Assembly: GCA_903875465.1 (NCBI GenBank)
Contig: CAIQWB010000073.1
Location: 16,373-80,372 of the forward strand
Source of the DNA: an uncultured Verrucomicrobia subdivision 3 bacterium
Lineage (GTDB): Bacteria; Verrucomicrobiota; Verrucomicrobiia; Limisphaerales; UBA11358
Reading direction: 5' to 3'
DNA length: 64,000 bases
The translations under genes and the position numbers were made by a program. How positions within the stretch are numbered: the first letter of the stretch is position 1; each line of letters begins with the position of its first letter. Shown here in pieces: positions 43,459 to 52,802 of this stretch. Below the pieces are notes generated by a model. It saw only the letters and a list, made by a program, of their open reading frames with translations, was not told the DNA's origin and did no database searches.

Positions 43459-46102
43459 CAGCAACCCCAATGACCACCGCCCGGCCGGCGCACCGACCTT
43501 GCTTACCCGGGAAAACCCGGAGGAGACGGCCGGGCAGCGGAGCGTTGTCCCGCCAAAAATCTCCGTGGCGGGGAACTACCGCCCGCGCCCGGGGTCCTAT
43601 GATGAATGCCTGACCGCGGCGGGGGGAGTGCGGCCCCATTACGCGGGTTTTCTCGATTCCCTGGACCTCACGGGGCCCGCGGAACTGAAGCGGCGCTGGG
43701 AAAACTCGCGCCGGCTGGTGCAGGAACAGGGCATTGCCTACAACGTGTACGGCGATGTGCGGGGCATGGAACGCCCATGGCAATTGGACCCGGTGCCGTT
43801 GATCATCGCCCAAGATGAATGGCGCAGCCTGGAAACCGCCTTGATTCAGCGGGCCACGCTGATCAACCGGATTCTGGGGGATTGTTATGGCGCGCAGGAT
43901 TTGATCCGGTCAGGCTGGCTGCCGCCGGCGCTGGTGTTTGCGCAGCCGGATTTTCAGCGGAATTGTCATGGCATCCGGCCGGCCCGGGACAAATTTTTAA
44001 GTTTTTACGCGGCGGATCTGGCGCGGTCGCCGGATGGCCGTTGGTGGGTGACATCAGACCGCACCCAGATTCCGACCGGGGCGGGTTATGCGCTGGCCAA
44101 CCGGCTGGTCACCTCGCGGGTGCTGCCAGAGTCCTTCCGGGACTGCCGGGTGCAGCGGCTGGCTGGATTTTTCCGCGAGGCGCAAAAATCCCTGGCGGAT
44201 CTGGCGCCCGCAGGCACGGAAAATCCGCGCGTGGTCCTCCTCACGCCCGGGCCATATAACGAAACCTATTTCGAGCAGGCCTACCTGGCTCGTTATCTGG
44301 GTTATACGCTCGTGGAAGGGCAGGATTTGACGGTGCGGGACGACCGGGTGTTTCTCAAGACTCTTTCGGGCCTGGAGCGGGTGGATGTGGTGCTGCGGCG
44401 CGTGGACGATGAGTTTTGCGATCCACTGGAATTGCGCAACGATTCCATCCTGGGGGTGCCCGGGCTGGTGGATGCCGCCCACGCAGGCACGGTGACCATT
44501 GCCAACGCGCTGGGGAGCAGCTTGCTGCAAAGCCCGGCCTTTCTGGCCTTTCTACCGGGATTGTGCCGGCATGTGCTCCGGGAAGAATTGAAACTACCCT
44601 CGGCAGCGACCTGGTGGTGCGGCCAGAAATCGGCGGAAAAATACGTGCTGGAGCATTTGGACACCCTGTTCGTCAAGCCAGCCTTCCGTTCGCGGGTGCG
44701 GGGCATGCAGCCGGGTGAGAAAATGAGCAAGCCGGAGCGGGCGGAGCTGGCCCGGCGGATTCAGTTTCAACCGCATGAATACGTGGCCCAGGAATGGGTC
44801 GGCTTGTCCTCGGCCCCCGCGCTGGGGGAAGATGGGCTTGGCCTGGCCCCGCGCCGGGTAACGTTGCGCGTTTACCTGGTGGCAACGGAAAACGGGTACA
44901 GCGTGATGCCGGGCGGGCTTACCCGCGTGGCCCCGGTGGGGGATCACCATTCGGTATCCATGCAAAAGGGCGGTGCCAGCAAGGACACCTGGGTGCTGAG
45001 CGACACCCCGGTGCCGGAAATCTCCCTTCTGGAACCCGCCGGGCAGATCATTGAACTGCGCCGGACGGGCAACAACCTGCCGAGCCGGATGGCGGACAAT
45101 TTTTTCTGGCTGGGCCGCTACACCGAACGGGCCGACGCGGCCACGCGCTTATTGCGCAGTGCCCTGCTGCGCTTCACCCCCGAGCGCGGGGGCAGTGGCC
45201 GGCCTTACCTGACACCGTTGCTGGAGACCCTGGAACGCCAGGGCCAGCTGCCGGGCCACCCGCGGCAAAATCAGAGCCAAAGCCAGGGCCGGGGGCCGGT
45301 GCCCGTGCAGCAAAATTCCGAGGCCCTGGAGGCCGAGCTGCTGGCGGCCATTTTTGACCCGGCGCGCGACGGCAGTCTGTGCCGGATTGCGGATCATTTG
45401 CAACGGCTGGCAATGTTCATCCGGGACCGCACTTCCAACGATTTGTGGCGCGCCTTGAACCAGTTGGGTGTGCCGCTGGTCCGGAAACCCGGCGGCCCGG
45501 TGATGCTGGCGGCGGATGCCCTGGTGGTGTTGAATCAAACCATCCTGGGACTGGCGGCCTTTCACGGACTGGCCCGGGAAAACATGACCCGGGCACAGGG
45601 CTGGCGATTCCTGGACATGGGCTGGCGCATTGAACGCGCAGTGTGCCTGTGCACCTTCCTGGATTGCGCGCTGCGGTCGCCGGAGGCGGATAATCCCAGC
45701 CTGCTGGAGGCCGTGCTGGAGGTGGCGGACAGCACGATCACCTACCGGTCACGCTACAATTTGCTGCCGCACATCGTGGCGGTTTACGATCTGGTGCTGC
45801 TGGATGAAAAAAACCCGCGCAGCCTGCTCTTTCAACTGCGGCAGCTGTTGAAGCACTTTGACCGCCTGCCCCGCGAAAGCTCCAACAGCGCCCTGCAAGT
45901 AATTCTGGAGGGCTGCTTGAAACGCCTGCGCACACTGGACCCCGGGGAATTGGGCGGGTTGGCGAGTGACTGGCACATTAGTGAAACCGGCCGGGCGGTG
46001 CAGGGCACGCTCAAAGACCTGCCCTTGCTCTCCAATGCCCTGGCGGCGAGTTATTTTGCGCATTCCGAAATCTCCCGCACGGGGGGCGGTGTCCGGCCAT
46101 GA
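43451..46102 (+). CDS. circularly permuted type-2 ATP-grasp domain fused to an alpha-E domain (predicted amidoligase)
   Basis: 883 aa. Its ATG overlaps the upstream stop by 8 nt. N-terminal half: YDECL...RPHY..F...L...ELKRRWENSRRLVQEQGIAYNVYGD...RPWQLDPVPLIIAQDEW..LE.ALIQRA.L.N.IL.D.YG...L...G.LP. It continues with PRVVLLTPGPYNETYFEQAYLARYLGYTLVEGQDLTV, typical of CP-ATP-grasp (DUF404/407) proteins. C-terminal half: LPSRMADNFFWLGRYTERAD...GWRFLDMGWRIERA...ITYRSRY, typical of alpha-E (DUF403). Confidence 0.8.
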   Translation: MSDSNPNDHRPAGAPTLLTRENPEETAGQRSVVPPKISVAGNYRPRPGSYDECLTAAGGVRPHYAGFLDSLDLTGPAELKRRWENSRRLVQEQGIAYNVYGDVRGMERPWQLDPVPLIIAQDEWRSLETALIQRATLINRILGDCYGAQDLIRSGWLPPALVFAQPDFQRNCHGIRPARDKFLSFYAADLARSPDGRWWVTSDRTQIPTGAGYALANRLVTSRVLPESFRDCRVQRLAGFFREAQKSLADLAPAGTENPRVVLLTPGPYNETYFEQAYLARYLGYTLVEGQDLTVRDDRVFLKTLSGLERVDVVLRRVDDEFCDPLELRNDSILGVPGLVDAAHAGTVTIANALGSSLLQSPAFLAFLPGLCRHVLREELKLPSAATWWCGQKSAEKYVLEHLDTLFVKPAFRSRVRGMQPGEKMSKPERAELARRIQFQPHEYVAQEWVGLSSAPALGEDGLGLAPRRVTLRVYLVATENGYSVMPGGLTRVAPVGDHHSVSMQKGGASKDTWVLSDTPVPEISLLEPAGQIIELRRTGNNLPSRMADNFFWLGRYTERADAATRLLRSALLRFTPERGGSGRPYLTPLLETLERQGQLPGHPRQNQSQSQGRGPVPVQQNSEALEAELLAAIFDPARDGSLCRIADHLQRLAMFIRDRTSNDLWRALNQLGVPLVRKPGGPVMLAADALVVLNQTILGLAAFHGLARENMTRAQGWRFLDMGWRIERAVCLCTFLDCALRSPEADNPSLLEAVLEVADSTITYRSRYNLLPHIVAVYDLVLLDEKNPRSLLFQLRQLLKHFDRLPRESSNSALQVILEGCLKRLRTLDPGELGGLASDWHISETGRAVQGTLKDLPLLSNALAASYFAHSEISRTGGGVRP

Positions 46103-46992
46103 TTTACAATCTCTTGCATCGCACTGTTTATGAATACACCGCGCCGGTGACGGTGTCCCACCATGCGGCGCGCGTGGAACCGCGCCGGTTGCCGCAGCAG
46201 ACCGCCGAACGCTTTGCCCTCCACATTTTGCCCGCCCCAGCCCTGCAAAAAACCCGCGCGGATTATTTCGGCAACCGGGTGTGGGGCTTCGCCATTCAGG
46301 AGGTGCATACGCGGCTGGAGGTAACGGCCACCAGCCGGGTAATCGTGGCCCCGGTCACCGCCCCGGCACTGGCGCTCTCGCCGCCTTGGGAAAAGGTGGC
46401 GGAACTATTTTCTGATCCAGTGTCGCCCGAAGTGGTGGAACCCTATCAGTTCGTGTTTGATTCGCCCTTGTTAAGGGTCTCACCCGAGCTGGCCGATTAT
46501 GCGCGGCCGAGCTTCGCCCCGGGCACGCCTTTGCTGGTGGCCGCCGCCGACTTGAACCGCCGGATTTTCAAGGATTTCAAATATGACCCGGTGGCGACGA
46601 CCGTGGCCACCCCCCTGGAGGAAGTACTGGAGAAACGGCATGGTGTCTGCCAGGACTTTGCCCATCTGGCCATTGCCGCCGTTAGGTCGCTGGGCATCCC
46701 AGCGCGGTATGTGAGTGGTTACCTGCGCACCCGTCCACCCGCCGGCAAAGAGCGGCTGGTGGGGGCGGATGCCTCGCATGCCTGGTTCTCGGTGTTTTGC
46801 CCGAGCACGGGCTGGTTGGATTTTGATCCCACCAACAATGTGCTGCCTGCCGAGGAACATATCACGCTGGCCTATGGCCGGGACTATACGGATGTGAGCC
46901 CCGTGACCGGGGTCATTACGGGCGGCGGGTCCCACCGGGTAAGTGTTTCGGTGGACGTGGAACCGGTGGAGCCAGAGGGCGCGGCGGATTAA
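46099..46992 (+). CDS. transglutaminase-family protein (Bact_transglu_N + transglutaminase core)
   Basis: ATGA overlap with the upstream gene. MIYNLLHRTVYEYTAPVTVSHHAARVEPR; core GVCQDFAHLAIAAVRSLGIPARYVSGYL...DASHAWFSVFCPSTGWLDFDPTN, with the Cys/His/Asp triad intact. Confidence 0.85.
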   Translation: MIYNLLHRTVYEYTAPVTVSHHAARVEPRRLPQQTAERFALHILPAPALQKTRADYFGNRVWGFAIQEVHTRLEVTATSRVIVAPVTAPALALSPPWEKVAELFSDPVSPEVVEPYQFVFDSPLLRVSPELADYARPSFAPGTPLLVAAADLNRRIFKDFKYDPVATTVATPLEEVLEKRHGVCQDFAHLAIAAVRSLGIPARYVSGYLRTRPPAGKERLVGADASHAWFSVFCPSTGWLDFDPTNNVLPAEEHITLAYGRDYTDVSPVTGVITGGGSHRVSVSVDVEPVEPEGAAD

Positions 46993-47055
46993 CTAGTTGA
47001 TTGGTATCGCAGGGCGCGGGGCTGCGCCAGACGGGGCACCCCAACTTCAGAATGG

Positions 47056-47093
47056 GTAAAAAATGGGTCCGGCCACCCGCAGGTGACCGGACC
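47056..47093 (-). terminator. rho-independent terminator of the 1810-aa giant gene
   Basis: GGTCCGGCCACC-CGCA-GGTGACCGGACC (47066-47093) pairs at 11 of 12 positions. On the minus strand it is followed by CATTTTTTAC. Confidence 0.7.
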
Positions 47094-47143
47094 TTGACCC
47101 AACCCCAAACATGGGCGCATTCCCACACCAGCGCCACCCGTGA

Positions 47144-50100
47144 CTACGGGCTGCGCAGGCGGAAGAAGACCGCCGGGCTGGCCGGATTGATATTCACGAT
47201 GGCCTGGGTGCTGGAACCGCTACCGGCCACATCCACCCAGTTATTGGACAACCCGGCACCCAAGTTGTTGGTCTGGGATTGCAGAATCCAGCCTTGGTGA
47301 TCCGCCGGCCAGTTCAAGGTGAGGGTGCTGCCATTGACACTAACGGTGATCGGCGCCGGGGTGCTAGCTGAACCCGCCACCACACTGAGCACGCCAGTGG
47401 CAGGATTGAACTGATAGGCCAGGCCGGTTCCCGGGGAACCGACAATGCTGGTGAAATTACCAGTGGCGCTGCTGGCACCGAACAAGGTGAAGGCATCCCC
47501 AATCGCGAGCGGCGTGCCATCGGTAGTGATATTGCTGACCGTCAAAGTACCGCCATAGGCTGCCACGCTGATGCCGCTAATATTGTCACTGGCCGGGGAA
47601 CCGCTGGTTTTGGTAATACGCAAGGTGACGTTGCCATGCAGCGTCAGGGGGGAGGACAGCAGCGTTAAAACGCCGGGCCCGCCGGCATCACCCGCACTGA
47701 GCGTGCCCGCCGGACCCACGACCACCGGGCCGGTGATACTGCCCACGCCGGCGAGGGTGCCGTTGGTCACCACCGTGGCCCCGGTGTAGGTATTTTGGCC
47801 ATCCAAATAAACCGTGCCGGTGCCCTGCTTCACGAGGCCGCCATTGAAGGCGTCGCCGGCTTGGAGCGGTACTTGCACCGTAATGGCATACCCGCCATCA
47901 TCCAGCACCAGGCCATTGCTCAGCACCATCGAGGTGGCTTCGATAAAGTCAAGTTCATTGGTCACGGCCTGGAGGATGCCGCCGTTGAAATTGGCGAGGG
48001 AAGTCGTGGGGGTGCCATTGGGCAGCACCTGGCTGGCCTGCACCAAACCGCCATTGAGTTGCAGCGTGCCACTGGCACCCGTGCCATCGCCGAGCCAGAG
48101 CAGACCATGATTCAGCACCTGACCACCGTTGACGATAAGTTTGCCCGTGGCGGTATTGGCGCCGACCACGAAGTTGTTGGCCCCCGCCTTGATCAGCTTG
48201 CCGCTGTTAACGATGAGGGTGCCATTGGCGGAGGTGGAATTATAACCAACACGCAGCCAGTTATTGGACACCACCACGGTGCCACCGGCAACCACGAAGG
48301 TGCTGGTGCTGCCGGCGTTGTAAGCGATCCAGAATTCAGTGGCCGCCACGCCCAAAAAGCCGCCATTGGTGATAATGGTCGTGCCGTTGTTGAACTGATT
48401 TTGCGAGACCGCATTGAAGAAGTCGCCGTTATTCAGGTAATTGGTGCCGCCCACCACCCAGGTGCCCGAACCATTCTTGGTGAGCGAGAGACCGCCCCCA
48501 TTGTTGTCCAGTATGGACCCGTTCCAGGTGCCACCGGCGCTGCCACCGAAGGCCAGGATGGAGTTAATGCCACCCGTATAGTTAACGCGACCGGAGCCAG
48601 CGAATTCACCCACGGTGGTAACCACATTGGCCAGTTGGGCGGACAATTGGAGAGTGCCCGAGGGGCCGATGTTCAAACTGGCGGTGGGCGAAAGGGCAGC
48701 GCCCGTGCCATTATTCCCCACCTGCAAGATACCATTGCTGATGACCGTGTTGCCGAGATAGGAGTCATTGGTCAGGTTGAGGATGGCGGTCCCAGTGCCC
48801 AGTTTTTGCAGACTGGTCGGACCGGAGATGCCGCCCTGACCACTAAAGGTGTACGTACCAAGGTTGTTACTAATGACGATGCCAGCCGGGGCCACATTGG
48901 TGTTCAAGGTGACGGTGCCACTACCAGCATTGTTGAACGTAACGGCATCGCCGGGAGTGATGATTTGATGATAGGAGGTGGGAATGGAGGTCACCAGCCA
49001 GTTGGTGGTGGCGTTGATATCCCAAACATTCAGCGCGGCGGAGTTGGTACCCGTCCAGACCAGGCCGGGTCCGGTGCTGGTCACGACCGCATAGAGCGTC
49101 GAGGCGGCGGCATTGTTGGAAATATAACCGGTCCCGCCTTGGGGCAGGGCAAAGTTAGTGCAGTTGCCGGCACCGGCAATCGTGCCCGTGTATTTAATGA
49201 GCGCCAGGGTGCCGACGTTGGCGGCGGCCAGACTGATGCTATTGGTGCCATTGAGCGTGAGTGTGCCGCACGTCACGAGGGGAACCGCGGGATTGTTGGC
49301 GGAAGTCGGCGTCAGCGCCAGCACGCCACCCGCGCCACTGGCCGCGCCATTGAAGGTCAGGTTACCGAGACTCAAGCCGGCACTGCCCTGTTGCAGCACG
49401 GTCAGGACGGCGTTGTTGTTGATAATGGCCCCGCCCGCGAGGGTGGCGGCCGTCGTCACTTGCAGTGTGCCGCCATTGACCACCACCGTTCCCGGGTAGG
49501 TGCTGGCACTGTTCAAGGACAGGATGCCAGCGCTATTGGTAATGGGTCCGGTAAAGGTGTTCGTGCCGGTGAGGATGAGGGTGCCGGAGCCCTTTTTGGT
49601 CAGCCCGCCGTTGGCGCTGCCGGCCAGGAGCGGTTGGGAAATGGTGACCGTATAATTGGAAGAATCGATGATGGCACCGCCCGCCAGAATGCTGGCTTGT
49701 TGCAAGCCCGACATCCAGGGCGTGGGCGGGTTAAAGGCCGCCTGCAGGGTGCCGCCATTGAAGTTGAAAACGGCATTCGTGCCGGTGCTGGAGGCGATGT
49801 TAAAGGTGGACAGCGTGCCGCCGTTCAAATTATTGGTGCCGAACGAACCGGCAATCCGCGCAATGTTAAGGCCGCCGAGGGCGTTGATCTGGCCGCCGTT
49901 CTGGTTCAGGGTGCCGATGCCGGTGGAGCCCACGCGGATGCCCGCATTAGCCGTCAGCGTGCCCCCGTTCATATTGTAAGTACCCAGTCCGGAAACGGAA
50001 GTCCGGCCGCCGATGCAAAAGCTGCCGACCGCCGTGCTGAGTTCGGTCAGCGTGCCCCCGGTTTGGTTAACGATGCCACTGGCCGTGGAACCGGCGGCAT

Positions 50101-52576
50101 TGGCCGAGCCGACAAAGAAGGCATTCACCGTCAAGGTCGCGGTGCCCGCCAGGTTGAGGATGCCGCTGGAGCTGTCCAGATCACCCACATTGAAATCCGA
50201 GGTGGTGCTGAGCGCCGCGTTGCCTTGCAGGGTCAGGGTGGCCGCGTCTGAAACATTTTGGCCGACATCCCAATAGTAACCATTGGTGAGGGAGCTCCCG
50301 GTGTCAAAAACGGTAAAGCCACCGTGCAGGAACATGGTGCCCGCGAAGGTTTCGGGGGCGGCCAGCACCAGCGTGCCATTGTCAATTTTATTAAAACTGG
50401 TGGCGCTGCCACTGATCACGCCCGTAAGCCGGGCCGTGACATTCGTGGCCACGCCCACCGTGGAGGCTGCGGGGATGGCCAGCGCCCGGTTGTTGGTCAG
50501 GCCGCCGTTGATTTGCCAGGTGGCACTATTAAGCGTCACAGACCCGGCACTGGCACCGAGGGCCGAATTATTGGTAATAATCAAAGTGGCACCGGCCACA
50601 ATGGTGCCGCCCGAGTAACTATTACTGGTCAGCAAAGTGAGCGAACCGGAATTGGAGATGGCCAGCGAAGTGACACCGGCGAGGCCGCCCGATCCGGAAA
50701 TTTTGTAGGGGAGTGTGGTATTCACCACCACAGGGAAGGCCGAAATGCTGGCATTCAAGGTGATGTTGGTCGGCTGGGGATTCACGAAATCATTGGTGAG
50801 CGTGTCATCAAACGTCACGGCGTCGCCGGCCACCACGCCGTTGTTGGTGTATTGCCGGAAAACGGTGATGCCGCCCGCCAGGGCATTCGCCCAGTTGGGG
50901 GTGGTCAAATCCCACGCGGTGCCATTGACACCGTTCCAGGTGAGCAGGTTGGGGATGGAGGTGATTTGCAGATCAAGCGAATCATTGGCGGTGTTGTTCA
51001 CCAAAATGGCGGCCACGCCGGGCGGCGGCGAAACCTGAATATTCGCGATGCTGGCCAGCGGGGTGCCGGTATATTTGACCAGCGTGATCGTGCCGGGGCG
51101 CAATCCGGTGGCGGCAATGTTGAAGACGACGACGGATCCCGGGGCGACCAGACCGCCAGTGGCATTGATCGCGGGCACGGTCGGGTTGGCGGTCAGGGTG
51201 CCGAAAAACAGATTATTGGTCGAATTACCCAGGACCAAATTGTTCACCGGCAGGGAGACCCCGGAAGAAACATCCAGCGCCAGCACGGCACCATTGGTGA
51301 CCACCAGGTTGCCGGGATTCGCCGGCAGCGTGGCGGCGGTATTTAGGCTCAAGGTGCCCCCGGCCACCAAGGTGGTGCCGCTATAGCTGTAGCCGCTTGA
51401 CAAGATTTCAGTGCCGGCCCCGAGTTTAGTCAAGGAAAGGGTTCCCGAAGAATTTTGGATAATACCGGTAAGCGTCCCGCCACCGCCATTCGAGCCAATA
51501 CTGAGCGTGGGCGTGCCCCCCGCCACGGTATCCACCGTTCCCGAACCACTGAGCCCGTTAATGGTGACATTAACTCCATTGAGGTCCAAGGTGCCATTGT
51601 CAGTTACCGAGCCGGTGTTGGTCAGGGCATTGGCCACCCCGATCTGCAAGGTGCCGGCCGCGATGATCGTGCCGCCGCCATAGGTATTGGGAGCGCTCAG
51701 CTTCACCGTGCCGCTGCCGGTCGTGGTCAGGACATAATTGCTGCCATTGTCCGTAATGGGCTCGGCAATGACCGTGCCGCTGGCGGCATTGATCGTGGAA
51801 TTACCCGTGAGCGTGAAGCCACCATTGGCATTATTGAAGGTCAGGCCGACATTATCCTGGAACACGCAGCCGGCTCCGATGGTAATTTGATCCGGGCTGG
51901 CCACGGCGGGATTTCCCGGGGGAGTGGCTCCGGAACCGAGGGCGACGGTGCAAGATGAGTTGATATAAAACTTGCCGGTAAAGCCCGCGAGACTGCCATT
52001 GTAAGTAATCGTGCGGCTCTGTCCGCTGAGATTAGTCAAAATTCCGGAACCCGCCAGTGGATAGCCAACAATGGTTGAGCCCTGATCCGAGAGAATGGTC
52101 GAATTGCCGGCAATGGTCCAAAGGTTGCCGGTGAAGGTGGGCGGGGTGACGGCACCGGAGCCCCCGTTATTCAACACCCCGCCAGCGGCATTGGTCAGGT
52201 TGTTGATCACAATCGTGTCCGCATTGCCGCCTTTGTAAAGGATGCTGCGCATCGGCGTGCCCTGGCCAGAAGGAGCCTGGAGGGTTAATGAATGGCCCGG
52301 GAAAGTGGTCGTGATGCCGCCCGCATCGGTGGGGGTACGCACGAAAAACGCACCGGTAAAATAATCGTTGGTGGCGACCGGCGCGGCCGTGTTGCTCCAT
52401 TTGCCAGCGGAAGTGAGCGACGTAGTGCCGCCCGCATCACTGGCGGTCAAAGTGACATTGGCGGCCTGCAGCCGGCCAGGGGCAGCCGCCGCGAGCAGCG
52501 TCAGGGAGAGTAACGAACACAGGCTTGGGTATTTGAGTTGGGGTATCATAGGTGGGGGATAGCCAGCTTTACACAC
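47144..52576 (-). CDS. giant secreted autotransporter-associated beta-strand repeat (PATR) protein with conserved C-terminal FFR tail
   Basis: 1810 aa. Signal LCSLLSLTLLAAAAPGRLQA; the start may instead be ATG 52549. Dozens of degenerate ~30-aa repeats, e.g. GSGTVKLSAPNTYGGGTIIAAGTLQIG, GAGTEILSSGYSYSGTTLVAGGTLSL, GSGTLILTGTNTFTGPITNSAGILSL, GTGTVYLDGQNTYTGATVVTNGTLAG. Confidence 0.85.
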   Translation of the reverse strand: MCKAGYPPPMIPQLKYPSLCSLLSLTLLAAAAPGRLQAANVTLTASDAGGTTSLTSAGKWSNTAAPVATNDYFTGAFFVRTPTDAGGITTTFPGHSLTLQAPSGQGTPMRSILYKGGNADTIVINNLTNAAGGVLNNGGSGAVTPPTFTGNLWTIAGNSTILSDQGSTIVGYPLAGSGILTNLSGQSRTITYNGSLAGFTGKFYINSSCTVALGSGATPPGNPAVASPDQITIGAGCVFQDNVGLTFNNANGGFTLTGNSTINAASGTVIAEPITDNGSNYVLTTTGSGTVKLSAPNTYGGGTIIAAGTLQIGVANALTNTGSVTDNGTLDLNGVNVTINGLSGSGTVDTVAGGTPTLSIGSNGGGGTLTGIIQNSSGTLSLTKLGAGTEILSSGYSYSGTTLVAGGTLSLNTAATLPANPGNLVVTNGAVLALDVSSGVSLPVNNLVLGNSTNNLFFGTLTANPTVPAINATGGLVAPGSVVVFNIAATGLRPGTITLVKYTGTPLASIANIQVSPPPGVAAILVNNTANDSLDLQITSIPNLLTWNGVNGTAWDLTTPNWANALAGGITVFRQYTNNGVVAGDAVTFDDTLTNDFVNPQPTNITLNASISAFPVVVNTTLPYKISGSGGLAGVTSLAISNSGSLTLLTSNSYSGGTIVAGATLIITNNSALGASAGSVTLNSATWQINGGLTNNRALAIPAASTVGVATNVTARLTGVISGSATSFNKIDNGTLVLAAPETFAGTMFLHGGFTVFDTGSSLTNGYYWDVGQNVSDAATLTLQGNAALSTTSDFNVGDLDSSSGILNLAGTATLTVNAFFVGSANAAGSTASGIVNQTGGTLTELSTAVGSFCIGGRTSVSGLGTYNMNGGTLTANAGIRVGSTGIGTLNQNGGQINALGGLNIARIAGSFGTNNLNGGTLSTFNIASSTGTNAVFNFNGGTLQAAFNPPTPWMSGLQQASILAGGAIIDSSNYTVTISQPLLAGSANGGLTKKGSGTLILTGTNTFTGPITNSAGILSLNSASTYPGTVVVNGGTLQVTTAATLAGGAIINNNAVLTVLQQGSAGLSLGNLTFNGAASGAGGVLALTPTSANNPAVPLVTCGTLTLNGTNSISLAAANVGTLALIKYTGTIAGAGNCTNFALPQGGTGYISNNAAASTLYAVVTSTGPGLVWTGTNSAALNVWDINATTNWLVTSIPTSYHQIITPGDAVTFNNAGSGTVTLNTNVAPAGIVISNNLGTYTFSGQGGISGPTSLQKLGTGTAILNLTNDSYLGNTVISNGILQVGNNGTGAALSPTASLNIGPSGTLQLSAQLANVVTTVGEFAGSGRVNYTGGINSILAFGGSAGGTWNGSILDNNGGGLSLTKNGSGTWVVGGTNYLNNGDFFNAVSQNQFNNGTTIITNGGFLGVAATEFWIAYNAGSTSTFVVAGGTVVVSNNWLRVGYNSTSANGTLIVNSGKLIKAGANNFVVGANTATGKLIVNGGQVLNHGLLWLGDGTGASGTLQLNGGLVQASQVLPNGTPTTSLANFNGGILQAVTNELDFIEATSMVLSNGLVLDDGGYAITVQVPLQAGDAFNGGLVKQGTGTVYLDGQNTYTGATVVTNGTLAGVGSITGPVVVGPAGTLSAGDAGGPGVLTLLSSPLTLHGNVTLRITKTSGSPASDNISGISVAAYGGTLTVSNITTDGTPLAIGDAFTLFGASSATGNFTSIVGSPGTGLAYQFNPATGVLSVVAGSASTPAPITVSVNGSTLTLNWPADHQGWILQSQTNNLGAGLSNNWVDVAGSGSSTQAIVNINPASPAVFFRLRSP

Positions 52577-52802
52577 TGGCAGGCTAATTCATTTTGGAAA
52601 ACCATGGGGACGGTTCAATTCAGGCAACCAAATATCGCATCATTTCTTAATTGATAAAGTTACTGTCGCAAATGCCGCGCGCGGCCACATCACTCAAACG
52701 GGTGATTTTTTTCAGGCCAGTTGTGGTATTAATGCTTGGCATGCAATCCAAATCCCGGCTTATTGGGTGGCGATTTTCGGCAAAAAAGCCTGGCATCCAA
52801 GC

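Noticed and set aside
47795-50251. 818-aa ORF on the plus strand (plus 50258-51346 and 51455-51958)
   Set aside because: It is antisense to the PATR-repeat giant gene. The monotonous G/A/R/I composition comes from reading Gly/Thr/Asn-rich repeats backwards.
47144-52576. Possible DNA-level tandem repeat or CRISPR-like array inside the giant gene
   Set aside because: The repetition is degenerate and at the protein level (~30-aa beta-strand repeats). There are no regularly spaced identical DNA repeats or spacers, and no cas genes in the window.
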